The notes below the pieces were generated by a model. The model was not told the DNA's origin. It searched no databases and saw only the letters and a list, made by a program, of their open reading frames with translations. Shown piece by piece: positions 63,400-64,000 of a stretch of 64,000 nt of DNA; the first letter of the stretch is position 1, and each line of letters begins with the position of its first letter. Origin of the DNA: Octopus bimaculoides (lineage: Eukaryota); NCBI RefSeq assembly GCF_001194135.2, contig NC_068988.1, positions 86,030,874 to 86,094,873 on the forward strand. Direction: 5' to 3'. Position numbers and translations under genes: made by a program.

Positions 63400-63782
63400 T
63401 TGTTGGCACTCCGTCGCTTACGACGTCGAGGGTTCCAGTTGATCCGATCATCGGAACAGCCTGCTCGTAAAATTAACGTGCAAGTGGCTGAGCACTCCAC
63501 AGACACGTGTACCCTTAAAGTAGTTCTCGGGGATATTCAGCATGACACAGTGTAACAAGGCTGACCCTTTGAATTACAGGCACAACAGAAACAGGAAGTA
63601 AGAGTGAGAGAAAGTTGTGGTGAAAGAGTACAGCAGGGTTCGCTACCATCCCCTGCCGGAGCCTCGTGGAGCTTTAGGTGTTTTCACTCAATAAACACTC
63701 ACAACGCCCGGTCTGGGAATCGAAACCACAATCCTATGACTGCGAGTCCACTGCCCTAACCACTGGGCCATTGCACCTCCAC
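63400..63782 (-). mobile_element. tRNA-derived SINE family C variant, full-length, young
   Basis: A box TGGCCCAGTGG and B box GGTTTCGATTCC on the minus strand; CpG retained. Confidence 0.9.
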
Positions 63783-64000
63783 GCTCCAGCGTATTGTATA
63801 CAATAAGCTCACAAAATTGTTAGTGTGTCGGACAAAATGTTTAGTGGCATTTCTACCAGCTTTACACACTGAATTCAAATTCCACTAAGGCCAATTTTGT
63901 TTTTCATCATTTCAGGGTTGATAAATTAAGTACCAGTGAAACACTAGGGTTGACATAATTGACTAGTCCCCTCGCACAAAATTTCAGGCCTTGCATCTTT

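Noticed and set aside
63700-63782. tRNA-like sequence with A and B boxes
   Set aside because: It is the head of a SINE that continues into a repeat body, and it has no proper acceptor stem, so it is not a tRNA gene.

Overview
Eukaryotic, AT-rich, gapped genomic scaffold, most likely an octopus. This is inferred from the tRNA-derived SINE families, the very dense microsatellites and a tandem C2H2 gene; it is not confirmed. Only one intact host coding sequence is supported: an 18-finger C2H2 zinc-finger ORF at 46515-48257 (+). The rest is microsatellite, N-gaps and layered transposon debris: Chapaev3-like, two maT/DD37D-like, mariner and Merlin transposase remnants, hAT-, Merlin- and piggyBac-type MITEs with readable TIRs and TSDs, two R4/Dong-type LINE ends on (AAT)n, RTE LINE pieces, Penelope-like (PLE) pieces and several SINE families. 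Most ORFs in the supplied track are microsatellite or gap artefacts. The most notable observations are: (1) an intact-core type I hammerhead ribozyme at 42384-42475, on the sense strand upstream of the ZNF CDS, plus decayed hammerhead-like motifs near PLE remnants; (2) three near-perfect foldback duplications of SINE 5' parts; (3) Merlin-type MITEs carrying TTAGGG repeats near a split Merlin transposase; (4) a sharp CpG-depletion step at about 39.2 kb; (5) a ZNF array with no Arg at any canonical base-contact position. All family assignments come from motif recognition by eye, not database searches, and SINE and fragment boundaries are approximate.
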